A DNA stretch of 64,000 bases from a candidate division WOR-3 bacterium. GTDB lineage: Bacteria; Hydrothermota; 32-111. The notes beneath the pieces are model-generated. The model was not told the origin of the DNA. It searched no databases and worked only from the letters and a program-made list of their open reading frames with translations. Location of the stretch: positions 773,826 through 837,825 of the forward strand of contig JBBFKX010000001.1 in assembly GCA_037481815.1 (NCBI GenBank), in the 5' to 3' direction. The first letter of the stretch is position 1, and each line of letters opens with the position of its first letter. Made by a program: the position numbers and the translations under genes. Positions 1 to 9,669 of this stretch are shown piece after piece.

Positions 1-591
1 TTTAACTCTTCCATTTTTTCTATAAATCTTTACATCTATCTCTATCTGAAAAGCGTATCCATCGGATTTTATTTTTGAAAGATCTATGTTTTTCAAAAAG
101 GACACCCTATAACATTTAAACCCACCAGTAAGATCATCTATTGGAACCCCTGTTATCAGTTTTGCGTAAATGTTTGCAAAATAGGAAAGCAAAAGTCGTT
201 TCATTGGCCAATTTACAACACTTACTCCGTTGCAATACCTCGAGCCAATCACAAGATCATAATTTTGTATTTCTTTTAAAAATCTCTTTATATCTTCTGG
301 ATCATGCGAAAAATCAGCGTCCATTTCAAAAACATAATCATAACCTTTTTCAATGGCATACCTGAATCCAAGAACATAAGCGGTTCCAAGACCCATTTTT
401 TTAGGTCTCTGGATAAGATTTATTCTTTTATCCTTTTCGATCATACCTTTCACAATATCTGCCGTTTTATCAGGCGAATTATCATCAATAATAAGTACTT
501 CAATCGATTCATCCTGTTTTAAAACCGAATTGATTATTTTTTCTATGTTATCTTTCTCATTGTAGGTTGGAATTATTATTAAAGTTCTCAT
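1..591 (-). CDS. Polyprenol monophosphomannose synthase-like GT2 glycosyltransferase (3' end runs off the window)
   Basis: Absent from the ORF track. Manual translation from ATG at 591 gives MRTLIIIPTYNEKDNI...IIDDNSPDKT...MGLGTAY...EMDADFSHDP...VIGSRY...DLTGGFKCYR, the typical DPM1/Ppm1 motifs. The frame is open to base 1. Confidence 0.9.
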   Translation of the reverse strand, partial: MRTLIIIPTYNEKDNIEKIINSVLKQDESIEVLIIDDNSPDKTADIVKGMIEKDKRINLIQRPKKMGLGTAYVLGFRYAIEKGYDYVFEMDADFSHDPEDIKRFLKEIQNYDLVIGSRYCNGVSVVNWPMKRLLLSYFANIYAKLITGVPIDDLTGGFKCYRVSFLKNIDLSKIKSDGYAFQIEIDVKIYRKNGRVK

Positions 592-622
592 ATGATAACC
601 TCTCATCAATTATACAAAAATT

Positions 623-3115
623 TTATCTTCTGTTCAACATAATCCTTTTTTCAAACAAAAAAACTGAAATGACAATAATTATGCCCAAGATCGATATCAA
701 CAATGAAACAAATTGCAAATTTGGAGAAAAAGAAAAGATAACTTTATTTTTACCTTTTTCGATCTTCACCCCCCTGAATATGCCATCGACCTTCAACAGT
801 TGAGAACAGTTTCCGTTAACATTCACCTTCCATCCTTTATAGTATTGATCAAGCATCAAAAGTATCGATTCTTTGTTTGTTTGGACTGTGAGTGAAACTT
901 TATTTGGTGTATAAATTATAGAATCGATTCGATACTCCAAAATACTATCGATTTTCTGAAAATCTACCTCTGAATTTTCAACAATCGCATATTTTCTTGG
1001 ATTGAAATCTTCTCTATCGATTATATTTAAAGCTTCGTTTATATTATTTACTTTTATAAAAGAATCCACAACGAAAAATCTGGGGACAAAATCGCTTGAA
1101 ATATGCAACATATAATCGTTTCCATAAAAAAATGGCTGAAATCCCATATTTCTAAAAAGATTCTGATAGAAAATAATCGCATTCTGTGTTGAAACCGGAT
1201 ATCCGGTTGTATCTTCGGGAATTTTTGGTGTTATAAGGTATTTTACATTCAACAATTTCAACCTGTTCTTTTTATCAAATAATGTTTGCGGATTGAACAT
1301 CACAGAACCAGGATTGTTGATAAAAATCTGGTATTCATAAAAAGGACTTGGATGGATTCCGGATATGGTCTGGATCCCATAAAGATTTAAAAAATCGTTT
1401 TCACCATAGGAAATCGGAAAAACTCTAAAAAGATCCATATCTTTTTGGATCTGTGAAACAATTTCATCCTTTTTATAGTATTCACCTGGTGATGGTACTG
1501 AAACTATATAATCTTTTGAATAGTAATACATCTCAAAAAATTGAAACAAACTCAAAGAGAGTAAAAGATAGAATCTGTTTAACTGTTTAAATTTTGAAAT
1601 AATAAAGAAAACTGAAACGATAATTATTATGTTGAAAACAATTATTAATTTTACATTGTTCAAGCAATACCTTAGGTTGTTTATTTTCATCTGCTTTATA
1701 TTCTCAGAAAAAGTTTGTAAAATATTTTTTGAAAAAAGATTTTCATAAATACCTGGAAAAAGAATAATCGAAAGACCGAGAACGGTTATAAAAATCAAAG
1801 AGATTTTCAAAGATTTCAAATCGATATCCTTTAGAATCAAAGAGGATAGTGTTACAAGAGAGAAAATGTTTATAAATATGATAAGTTCGGGTGCCCTGAA
1901 TTTATCAAAATATGGGAACATCATCCAGAACAATCTAAAAAATGGTGTCTTTCCACCAAGTGCTATCAAAAGAGTTACAAAGAAAACAATCGTGAAAAAA
2001 CTTTGAACTCTATCCTTTTTACTTTTCAAAATTCCAGCTAATCCAAAAAACATTATAAATATTCCCGGATAGGAATGATGAAGTTTGAAAGGATTTTCAC
2101 CCCAATATGTGTTGATCTGTCCAACGTTGACACCAGAAAAACCATGGAAGAACATATCGATAATATCAGGAAATCCCATAGCCCAACTGATGGAATAGTT
2201 GTAATCTCTTGATATTCCCCTTGCAGCATCAGGTAAAAATCTTAAGATTGGAACATATTGAACTGCTGAAACAAGAAATGTGATAAAGGTGAAAAATATT
2301 AAAGAAAAATATACCAGCAAACTTTTTTTATTAAAATTCTTATCAAGTATCATAGGTAAAGAAACAGTTATTAAAAGAAAAATTAAAAAACCCAGATTTT
2401 TGTTTACAAATGAAAAGGTTACACCTAAAATGAATGAAACAAGAAAAGTCCAGTTCCTATATTTATGTTTAAAATCTCTGTCAATATGTAAAAAAGATAT
2501 GAAAAAGAGTGAGATTAGCAAAACATAGTAAGATGACTGAATATGACCTGAAAGAAACATTAATCCTGAAGCGATCCCTCCAAAACCATAATAGAACAAT
2601 TTTTCCTTTTGAAAACCCATATAAACAAAATACAGAACAACTGGCAGATAAGACATAACAATAACTCTTCCATCATGCCCACCATAGGTTTCAGTTAAAA
2701 TTATTCCTGTGAACATATATGCAATACTTCCAAAGAATGAAATATCTTTATCATCGGTTAATTCCTTTAAAAAAATGTATGTCCCAAACCCTGCAATAAA
2801 TGAATGTATCACAAAAGTCAGAGTCCATAGAATGAACATTGGGATAAACATCTTTAAAAATAGAGTTACAGGATAGAATATGTCACCAAGAAATCCTTCA
2901 CCTGTTGGAATTCCAGCAAATTTCATTGGATTCCATAAAGGGAAATTTCCACTCATAATATTTTCCTGCACAAAATATCTCTGTATATATTCGCCCATAA
3001 CCCAATCGGTTCCAAAAAGCATTTTTCCTGTGAAAAGAACCTTACCAAAAATTATCAGGGGCAAAATAACAAGTATGATAATGTAAAAAGTATCTTTCCT
3101 GATATCATTTTTCAT
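623..3115 (-). CDS. YfhO-family polytopic membrane protein (GT-C-like glycosyltransferase)
   Basis: Many TM segments, N-terminal PLWNP motif, and C-terminal YYKGWKVNVNG...FRGVKIEKGKNKVIFSF typical of YfhO. Start placed at MKNDIRK (3115) behind GGAGG; the track starts at 3139. Confidence 0.8.
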   Translation of the reverse strand: MKNDIRKDTFYIIILVILPLIIFGKVLFTGKMLFGTDWVMGEYIQRYFVQENIMSGNFPLWNPMKFAGIPTGEGFLGDIFYPVTLFLKMFIPMFILWTLTFVIHSFIAGFGTYIFLKELTDDKDISFFGSIAYMFTGIILTETYGGHDGRVIVMSYLPVVLYFVYMGFQKEKLFYYGFGGIASGLMFLSGHIQSSYYVLLISLFFISFLHIDRDFKHKYRNWTFLVSFILGVTFSFVNKNLGFLIFLLITVSLPMILDKNFNKKSLLVYFSLIFFTFITFLVSAVQYVPILRFLPDAARGISRDYNYSISWAMGFPDIIDMFFHGFSGVNVGQINTYWGENPFKLHHSYPGIFIMFFGLAGILKSKKDRVQSFFTIVFFVTLLIALGGKTPFFRLFWMMFPYFDKFRAPELIIFINIFSLVTLSSLILKDIDLKSLKISLIFITVLGLSIILFPGIYENLFSKNILQTFSENIKQMKINNLRYCLNNVKLIIVFNIIIIVSVFFIISKFKQLNRFYLLLSLSLFQFFEMYYYSKDYIVSVPSPGEYYKKDEIVSQIQKDMDLFRVFPISYGENDFLNLYGIQTISGIHPSPFYEYQIFINNPGSVMFNPQTLFDKKNRLKLLNVKYLITPKIPEDTTGYPVSTQNAIIFYQNLFRNMGFQPFFYGNDYMLHISSDFVPRFFVVDSFIKVNNINEALNIIDREDFNPRKYAIVENSEVDFQKIDSILEYRIDSIIYTPNKVSLTVQTNKESILLMLDQYYKGWKVNVNGNCSQLLKVDGIFRGVKIEKGKNKVIFSFSPNLQFVSLLISILGIIIVISVFLFEKRIMLNRR

Positions 3116-4019
3116 TTTTCCTCCATATTTTTTTATCACCTATAAAGAAAAAAAGGTAGAAGATTTCACCTATTGTAACTTGAATTCTTGAGAGTAAAGA
3201 ACCAACAGCAGCTATTTCAACTCCAGTGTATTCTTTCAAAAGGAAGAATATCATCCCCTCTCTCACTCCAATACCAGCAGGCATCAAAATAGATAAAAAA
3301 CCAACAACCCAACTTGAAGGATAAACGCTCAAAAGCCCTATGAAATCATAAGTTTTTAATGTGAAAGAGTATATCAAAAAATAAAACTCAACTCCTGAAA
3401 ATATCCAGACGAGAAAGTAAAGGAACATTATAAAAATGTATTCATAAATTCCTATAACAAAATCAAATTTATCCTTTTTTAAAAATTTGAATAGAAGATT
3501 TATCACTTTTTTAAAAACAGTAGGGAACGATAACAATATAAAAAATAAAAAAAATATTAAAGATAAAATGATATATAAAATGTTTTGATTCGATCTGATT
3601 ATTGTAACAAGAAAGAAAAATGCACCTGTCAAAAGAAGCAGATATGTTTCCAATACAACAGCGGTAAAAGATTTTTTCTTTGGAACACCAACTCGTTCAA
3701 GCAGGGCGATTCTTCCAACCGTAAACCAGAGTTTTCCCGGAATATATTTTCCAAACATTGAGATTCCTATTATCCTCATCAACGTGTAAAGATCAACATC
3801 ATGTCCCAAAGATATTAGAATCCTTTTAAAGGAAAAACACATAAAAAAATACCATATAGGTATCATCATAAACGAAAGTATAAGAAAGAAGAAATTGAAT
3901 TTTATAGACCTAAAATCAACCTGTTTGATATAACCAAAAAGTTTATAGAAAATAAAAAAAACTATTGCTATAACAATTAAGACCAAAACTACATTAAAAA
4001 TTTTTTCCTTTTTATTCAT
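3105..4019 (-). CDS. Lysylphosphatidylglycerol synthase TM / flippase-like membrane protein
   Basis: Hydrophobic 304 aa protein with GKYIPGK and PAGIGVREG motifs. Confidence 0.8.
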   Translation of the reverse strand: MNKKEKIFNVVLVLIVIAIVFFIFYKLFGYIKQVDFRSIKFNFFFLILSFMMIPIWYFFMCFSFKRILISLGHDVDLYTLMRIIGISMFGKYIPGKLWFTVGRIALLERVGVPKKKSFTAVVLETYLLLLTGAFFFLVTIIRSNQNILYIILSLIFFLFFILLSFPTVFKKVINLLFKFLKKDKFDFVIGIYEYIFIMFLYFLVWIFSGVEFYFLIYSFTLKTYDFIGLLSVYPSSWVVGFLSILMPAGIGVREGMIFFLLKEYTGVEIAAVGSLLSRIQVTIGEIFYLFFFIGDKKIWRKNEK

Positions 4020-5178
4020 TTATTAAATCCAAATACTTTCTGTTCACTCTATCGATCGAAAATTTTTCCTTTATCTTTCTAAAACCACTTTTCTGCAACT
4101 CTCTGTAAACTTTTTCATTTTCTATAAGATAATTTATCTTATCTGCGAGTTCTCTTTCATCTTTTTCTTTGACAAGAAGCCCTGTCACTCTATCCTCTAT
4201 TATATCTACTATTCCTCCAACATTCGTTCCTATTGAAACAGTTCCATTGATTATCGCTTCAACAAGAACCATCCCGAGCCCTTCAGTATCACCGTTTCTG
4301 TCATGGATTGCAGGAAGAACAAATATTTTACTTTTTTTGTAATATTCGATCAAATCTTTATCACCTACAAAACCAAGAAATTTTACACGCTCTATAAGTT
4401 TCTCTTTTCTTACAAGTTCTTCAAGTTCTATTTTTTTATATCCATCACCAATAATGTATAGTTTATAATCACCTTTTACAAATTTCATCGCTTTGATAAG
4501 ATAATCTACACCCTTTCTTTCCACCAATCTTCCAACAAAAAGGATGATGTTCTCTTTTTCTGAAAAACTGATTTTCTCATCAATATGGACACCATAGGGA
4601 ATAACCTCTATATCATACTTTTCGCCGCCGACAATTTCTTCTATCTGTTTTTTCGTATATGAAGATATAGCAACTATTTTATAAGAGTTCTTTAAAATCA
4701 AATCGAGAAGAAATCTTTTACCAAAAAAACTTTTTTTGAAAAGTTTTAATTCAGCCCCGTAAAATACAGAAACTATTCTCTTTTTTAGAAAAATTTTTGC
4801 AGGAAAAGAGATAAAAAAAAGTGGAAACGGCCAATGAACAAATATAAAATCTATTTTTTCATTTTTTGAAATTTTCAAATTTTCAATTATTCCGGTTAAA
4901 AAAAATAAAGGTAAAAGAAAAAACGCATTTTTGTTGAATTTCAAGTAATCCATTATCGTATAGTCATGCGTTAGTTTCATAAGATTTTTCGGAGCATAGT
5001 TGAATCTAAAAATTTTAATCTTATTGTATCTCTGTTTTCTAAAGACACCCTTATAACCTGAGGTTAAAACAAAAACCTCATTTGTTTTTGACTGTTCTTC
5101 AAGAAGATCAACAAGCCAAGGAGTTATTATATCTTTTTTGTACCTTTTAAAGGCGGTTGTTATATGGAGTAATTTCAT
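4012..5178 (-). CDS. Glycosyltransferase family 4 (GT-B)
   Basis: ILFVGRLVERKG and EGLGMVLVEA (E-x7-E) motifs. Confidence 0.9.
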   Translation of the reverse strand: MKLLHITTAFKRYKKDIITPWLVDLLEEQSKTNEVFVLTSGYKGVFRKQRYNKIKIFRFNYAPKNLMKLTHDYTIMDYLKFNKNAFFLLPLFFLTGIIENLKISKNEKIDFIFVHWPFPLFFISFPAKIFLKKRIVSVFYGAELKLFKKSFFGKRFLLDLILKNSYKIVAISSYTKKQIEEIVGGEKYDIEVIPYGVHIDEKISFSEKENIILFVGRLVERKGVDYLIKAMKFVKGDYKLYIIGDGYKKIELEELVRKEKLIERVKFLGFVGDKDLIEYYKKSKIFVLPAIHDRNGDTEGLGMVLVEAIINGTVSIGTNVGGIVDIIEDRVTGLLVKEKDERELADKINYLIENEKVYRELQKSGFRKIKEKFSIDRVNRKYLDLINE

Positions 5179-5179
5179 A

Positions 5180-5860
5180 TCAATTTAAAAAACCAATTTT
5201 TAAGATTGTATAAAAGGTTCTAATCGCATCTTTGATTCTAATCTTTTTTCCTTCTTTATAACTTCTGGGATAGTAATTTATTGGAATCTCTTTAATTCTA
5301 ACTCCCATTCTTTTCAATTTCATAGTTATCTCTGGATCTATTCCAAATCCTTTTGAAGTGATTTCAATTTTTTTGAAATAATCACTTCTGATCATCTTAT
5401 AACATGTTTCCATATCCTCTATTCTTTGCCCAAGAAAAAATGATGTTGAGAAAGTCATAATCATATTTCCAAGAAATTGTAAGAAAGTTAGTTTCTTTAT
5501 GTTTTCTTTTGTAAATCTATTACCATAACAGGCAATACTCTTCCCTTCAACGATAGGTTTAATTAATTTAAGAAGATCATTGGGATCATATTCAAGATCA
5601 GCATCCTGAATAACAACAACATCACCTGTAACAAATTTCTGTCCAGTTTTTATTGCACCAGCTTTACCAAGATTTTTTTCATGGAATCTCACCTTGACCA
5701 GATCATCTTTGAGATTTTTTAAAATCTCTCTTGTCCCATCGGTTGACATATCATCGACAACAATTATCTCTTTATCCAATGGAAGATTTTTTACTTTTTC
5801 TATTATTTTTAAAATGTAATCCTTTTCATTATAAACTGGAATTATAACGGAGAGTTTCAT
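5180..5860 (-). CDS. Glycosyltransferase family 2 (DPM-synthase-like)
   Basis: LSVIIPVYNE, VDDMSTDGT, IQDADLEYDP and DMETCYK motifs. Confidence 0.9.
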   Translation of the reverse strand: MKLSVIIPVYNEKDYILKIIEKVKNLPLDKEIIVVDDMSTDGTREILKNLKDDLVKVRFHEKNLGKAGAIKTGQKFVTGDVVVIQDADLEYDPNDLLKLIKPIVEGKSIACYGNRFTKENIKKLTFLQFLGNMIMTFSTSFFLGQRIEDMETCYKMIRSDYFKKIEITSKGFGIDPEITMKLKRMGVRIKEIPINYYPRSYKEGKKIRIKDAIRTFYTILKIGFLN

Positions 5861-6765
5861 AACTTTTTTTTCAACTCTTCGATATCCTCAATAACTATAG
5901 AAATAAGTTCAGAAACAAAACCAAGGATGAACATCAAAAGACCTGAAATTATTAAAAGTATCACAAGATAGAGAATTGGTCTGAAACCAAAACCAAAAAA
6001 TAATCTAATGATCAAAGCAACGATACCGATAAAAAAACCAAGAATAAAAAGAATACCACCACTTATTCCAAAAAATATCATCGGTTTTTTCAAAAATGTT
6101 GTTAAAAATTTAACAGTCAAAAGGTCAAATAATCCGATCAAAATTCTAAACGAACTCGAATATTTTGAAACACCATGTCTTCTGGGATAAAGAGTAACCT
6201 TTTCCTCAGTCACTGAGAACCCTTTTTCAATCGCAAGTGATACAATATACCTATGCCAATCTCTTCTTAAATGTATAGAATTAAGAACCTCTTTTTTAAA
6301 CGCTTTAAGTCCATTCTGATCATGTATTGGAAGATTAAAAAATTTTCTTGAAAGATAGTTGTATATCTTTGAAACGAATGCTTTCTTATATTTACCCTGT
6401 TTCCAGCCAGTACAGATATCAAAATCATCATTCTCAATTCTCTTTACAAGTTTAAGACAATCATCAAAAGAATATTGCATATCAGCATCGTAGATAACAA
6501 AAATTCCCCCAGAAGCGATCTCTTTTGCTGTTAAAATACCTGCTGTCTTTCCAAGGTTTTTTTTATGTTTTAAAACTTTTATGTTCTGAAACTTTTGCGA
6601 TAACTCAAAAGCTTTTTTGTAAGTTCCATCATTTGATCCATCGTCAACAAAAACAAGTTCCCATGAATAATTTTGATTTTTATTGAATTCGTCAAATGTT
6701 TCAAACAATTCTTTAACATTATCAACCTCGTTGTAAGCGGAGCAGAGTACAGAAACCTTTATCAT
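5857..6765 (-). CDS. Glycosyltransferase family 2, ArnC/GtrB-like with two C-terminal TM helices
   Basis: SAYNE, VDDGSNDGT, YDADMQY and RRHGVSKY motifs, plus two C-terminal hydrophobic helices. Confidence 0.85.
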   Translation of the reverse strand: MIKVSVLCSAYNEVDNVKELFETFDEFNKNQNYSWELVFVDDGSNDGTYKKAFELSQKFQNIKVLKHKKNLGKTAGILTAKEIASGGIFVIYDADMQYSFDDCLKLVKRIENDDFDICTGWKQGKYKKAFVSKIYNYLSRKFFNLPIHDQNGLKAFKKEVLNSIHLRRDWHRYIVSLAIEKGFSVTEEKVTLYPRRHGVSKYSSSFRILIGLFDLLTVKFLTTFLKKPMIFFGISGGILFILGFFIGIVALIIRLFFGFGFRPILYLVILLIISGLLMFILGFVSELISIVIEDIEELKKKL

Positions 6766-9296
6766 TTTATCCTCATAATTTTGTCGACAATTTCCTGTTT
6801 ACCATTTGTGAATTTTATATAATATATTCCCTGAGGTAATTGATCTTCAAGAACTATTTCACCTTTTCCTTTCAAATTTAATTTTTTATTCAGAACTTTC
6901 TGCCCAAGTGTATTTATAACCTCAATATCTATTTTTCCATCACCATGAAGGATTACTCTATAGGGATTCTTTTCAGACCAGTAAAAATTCGTAGAATAAA
7001 GTATAAATTCGTTACCATATGAATCAATATTAACACTTCCCACTTTACTTTTAACACCACTTTTTCTGATCATATAAATGTTATATGTACCTCCTCTTAC
7101 ATTATGATGAACAAAAGTGCCATTGTTATTTCCACTTCTGAATATTTCTTGATCAGCAAATTCAATTGATACTTTTGAGAAATAAATATCATCTATTTTA
7201 TAATCAATTACAACATTTTCTTTGTCTCTTCTTGCTTTTATATTTATATTTTCAAGTTTTGTATCAACGGAAAAACTCCCCATTCCTCCTGCTTCCCTAT
7301 ATCTTGCAACAAATTCCTGTAAAAACATTTCAGCAAAATATTTTGAATGCAATATAACACAGTTCTCATCGTTACCAGTTTCAGCAGCATCAGTCCAGTT
7401 GTATGAGCCAGTTATTACAATCGGATTTGAATTCCATAGATCAGCATCTATAAGCATATATTTATGGTGTAAAAGATTCCCAGAAACACTATCCTTGAAT
7501 ACATCGGCAGGTGGAGACCATGGATTGTTTGAAGATGAACTGTTGTAAAGTCCTCTCATATCAAGCGATTTTGAGTAATCTGCATTCCAGTATGTTTCAT
7601 CGAATACACCTTTTACATCAACTCCAGCATCATATTTTGACTTCATTGCATCACATATACCCTGATGGGAAAATACGAATATACAAAAATATATTGATTT
7701 GTTTGCTGTTGAAATCGCATTAATTATCTTAGAGGCAACACCATCTGAAGGAGACATATAAACTTCAACGGTATCATTTGCGACAATAAATTTATGAGAA
7801 ATATTATCTGTTTTTTGAGTTGAAAATTTTGATTTGGTTGAGTCGGGAACCATCGTTGTCGATCCCCACATCTCTGAAAACTCTTTGATGAAATTTTCAG
7901 CAACCTGTCTATCTTTGATAATTATTGAATTGTTTGCATTCAAATCTGTACAGTTATCTGTTATATTCCATGATCCCGTAAATGTTATAGAACTATCTAT
8001 AACACAGAATTTATTATGCATTATGTTTGAGCCACCATAAGTTAATGGATAATCATCATCTATAACTTTTATTCCTGCACTTTCAAGTTGAGCAACTTCT
8101 GGTAATGTTCGATTGTCCTTATCAGTTATGAATCTTATTTTTACCCCCCTGTTGTGTGCTGCAACAAGAGAATCAGCTACCATCCTTCGATCAAAATCAT
8201 AGAAGCAACAGTCGATAGTTTTTGTGGCTTTATGAATATAACTACATAGTATACTATCGAGTGCTGAAGTATCTTCAGCAACATTATATATTCCAAGAGT
8301 TTCCTCAACAGTTTTGTTGAAATGAACATCAAAAAAAGTATCAAGAGTATCTATGACTATATATCTATAATAATCTGATGGAGCAAGTGGTGGTAAAAAT
8401 CTTGTTCTGTTTTTATTATCATAACCTTTAAGATAATATCTTATATCCGTATGAACAGGATAAGAAGGGATAGTTTCAATATATGTTGTATCATTGATTT
8501 TAGCCATCAAAATTGAATCTTTTGTATAAAAATTGTTTGTTGAATAAAAGATTTTTATATACTGAATCGTTGTGTCAGAATAAGCGTTACAAGAGATTAC
8601 TACATCATCAAGAAATGTTGGAGAAGATGGTGTTCTAATATGATTTTCAAGAGAGAAATATGAAGGATTCAAACCTCCAGTATCAGGTCCAATGGTTGAT
8701 TGTCCAGATGCCCTATTCCATACATAAGAAAGAGATTCTGAAACCTCACCAGAATATTCGGGTCCTTCAGAATCTTCTGGCCATCTTATATATGAAACAT
8801 TTGTTGATGGAGTTAAAGATATAGGATACCAAACACTTTCAGGATTCGCTGTTGTGTATTTTGTAATGTATGCAAAACAATCTATTATCGAATCGGAACT
8901 ATTTTTTAGATAGACCTGATCACCTGTATTTGCAAGAGCAAAACTTCCTGATACCTGTAAAGCCCTTGTTCCAGTTGTTCCTGGATATGCAGCAAAATCA
9001 GGATAATAGCCATACTGTTTGTAAAAAGAATCGGCATAAATTGTAAGGGTTATCTTCCCTTGTGGGTAAAGATAATAATTATTGGAAGGTATAGTCCAAA
9101 CTCCTTCTCCGTCGGTTATCTTCCATCCGTCGATAAGAATTGGAGTATCACTTTTGTTGAAAATTTCTATCCATTCTGATCTATCTCCTCCTATACTTGG
9201 ATCAACAAGAATTTCGGTTATCAAGGGATTATGGGAAAAAAGAATATTAACATTATAAAAAATGAATATTAGAAAAAGGTAAACTTTTTTTTTCAT
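6762..9296 (-). CDS. Secreted phospholipase D-family protein: lamin-tail-like domain, two HKD domains and a T9SS-type C-terminal domain
   Basis: Signal peptide MKKKVYLFLIFIF... behind GGAG (start 9296; the track starts at 9311). PLITEI...EWIEIFN lamin-tail motif. HNKFCVID..TGSWN and HHKYMLID..TGSYN HKD motifs. C-terminus INTLGQKV...LPQGIYYIK...KIMRIK. Confidence 0.85.
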   Translation of the reverse strand: MKKKVYLFLIFIFYNVNILFSHNPLITEILVDPSIGGDRSEWIEIFNKSDTPILIDGWKITDGEGVWTIPSNNYYLYPQGKITLTIYADSFYKQYGYYPDFAAYPGTTGTRALQVSGSFALANTGDQVYLKNSSDSIIDCFAYITKYTTANPESVWYPISLTPSTNVSYIRWPEDSEGPEYSGEVSESLSYVWNRASGQSTIGPDTGGLNPSYFSLENHIRTPSSPTFLDDVVISCNAYSDTTIQYIKIFYSTNNFYTKDSILMAKINDTTYIETIPSYPVHTDIRYYLKGYDNKNRTRFLPPLAPSDYYRYIVIDTLDTFFDVHFNKTVEETLGIYNVAEDTSALDSILCSYIHKATKTIDCCFYDFDRRMVADSLVAAHNRGVKIRFITDKDNRTLPEVAQLESAGIKVIDDDYPLTYGGSNIMHNKFCVIDSSITFTGSWNITDNCTDLNANNSIIIKDRQVAENFIKEFSEMWGSTTMVPDSTKSKFSTQKTDNISHKFIVANDTVEVYMSPSDGVASKIINAISTANKSIYFCIFVFSHQGICDAMKSKYDAGVDVKGVFDETYWNADYSKSLDMRGLYNSSSSNNPWSPPADVFKDSVSGNLLHHKYMLIDADLWNSNPIVITGSYNWTDAAETGNDENCVILHSKYFAEMFLQEFVARYREAGGMGSFSVDTKLENINIKARRDKENVVIDYKIDDIYFSKVSIEFADQEIFRSGNNNGTFVHHNVRGGTYNIYMIRKSGVKSKVGSVNIDSYGNEFILYSTNFYWSEKNPYRVILHGDGKIDIEVINTLGQKVLNKKLNLKGKGEIVLEDQLPQGIYYIKFTNGKQEIVDKIMRIK

Positions 9297-9312
9297 ATAA
9301 CACTCCATCATA

Positions 9313-9666
9313 TCATGACCTTGAGAGTTTTCTGTCCATCTCTCTTAACCTTCTGACAAGGGTCGTTATCAAAGCCCCAAGTAAAGGATCCTCTTCTATC
9401 TGTTTTAAAAGTGCTTTCCTATCTATAATGATGACAGTTGAATCTTCCAAAGCCGCTGCTGACGCAGATCTTGGTCTTCCATCGATTATTGCCATCTCAC
9501 CGAGAAATTCGCCCTCAGTGATAATATTCAACCTTTTTTTGTTTTCACCTTCGTTGACAAAAATCTCTATCTTTCCACTTTTAACAAGGTAAACCTCATC
9601 TGGAGGATCTCCCTGTTTGAAAAGAAGTTCTCCTTTCAGAAAAGTTTTTTCAAATTTTTCTAAAAT
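9313..9666 (-). CDS. Stand-alone cyclic-nucleotide-binding domain protein (probable ATT start)
   Basis: The frame extends 45 codons upstream of the track start: (I/M)LEKFEKTFLKGELLFKQGDPPDEVYLVKSGKIEIF...GEFLGEMAIIDGRPRSASAAA. This is a complete cNMP-binding domain with the GE...RSA phosphate-binding cassette and no HTH. Confidence 0.85.
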   Translation of the reverse strand: MLEKFEKTFLKGELLFKQGDPPDEVYLVKSGKIEIFVNEGENKKRLNIITEGEFLGEMAIIDGRPRSASAAALEDSTVIIIDRKALLKQIEEDPLLGALITTLVRRLREMDRKLSRS

Positions 9667-9669
9667 AAG

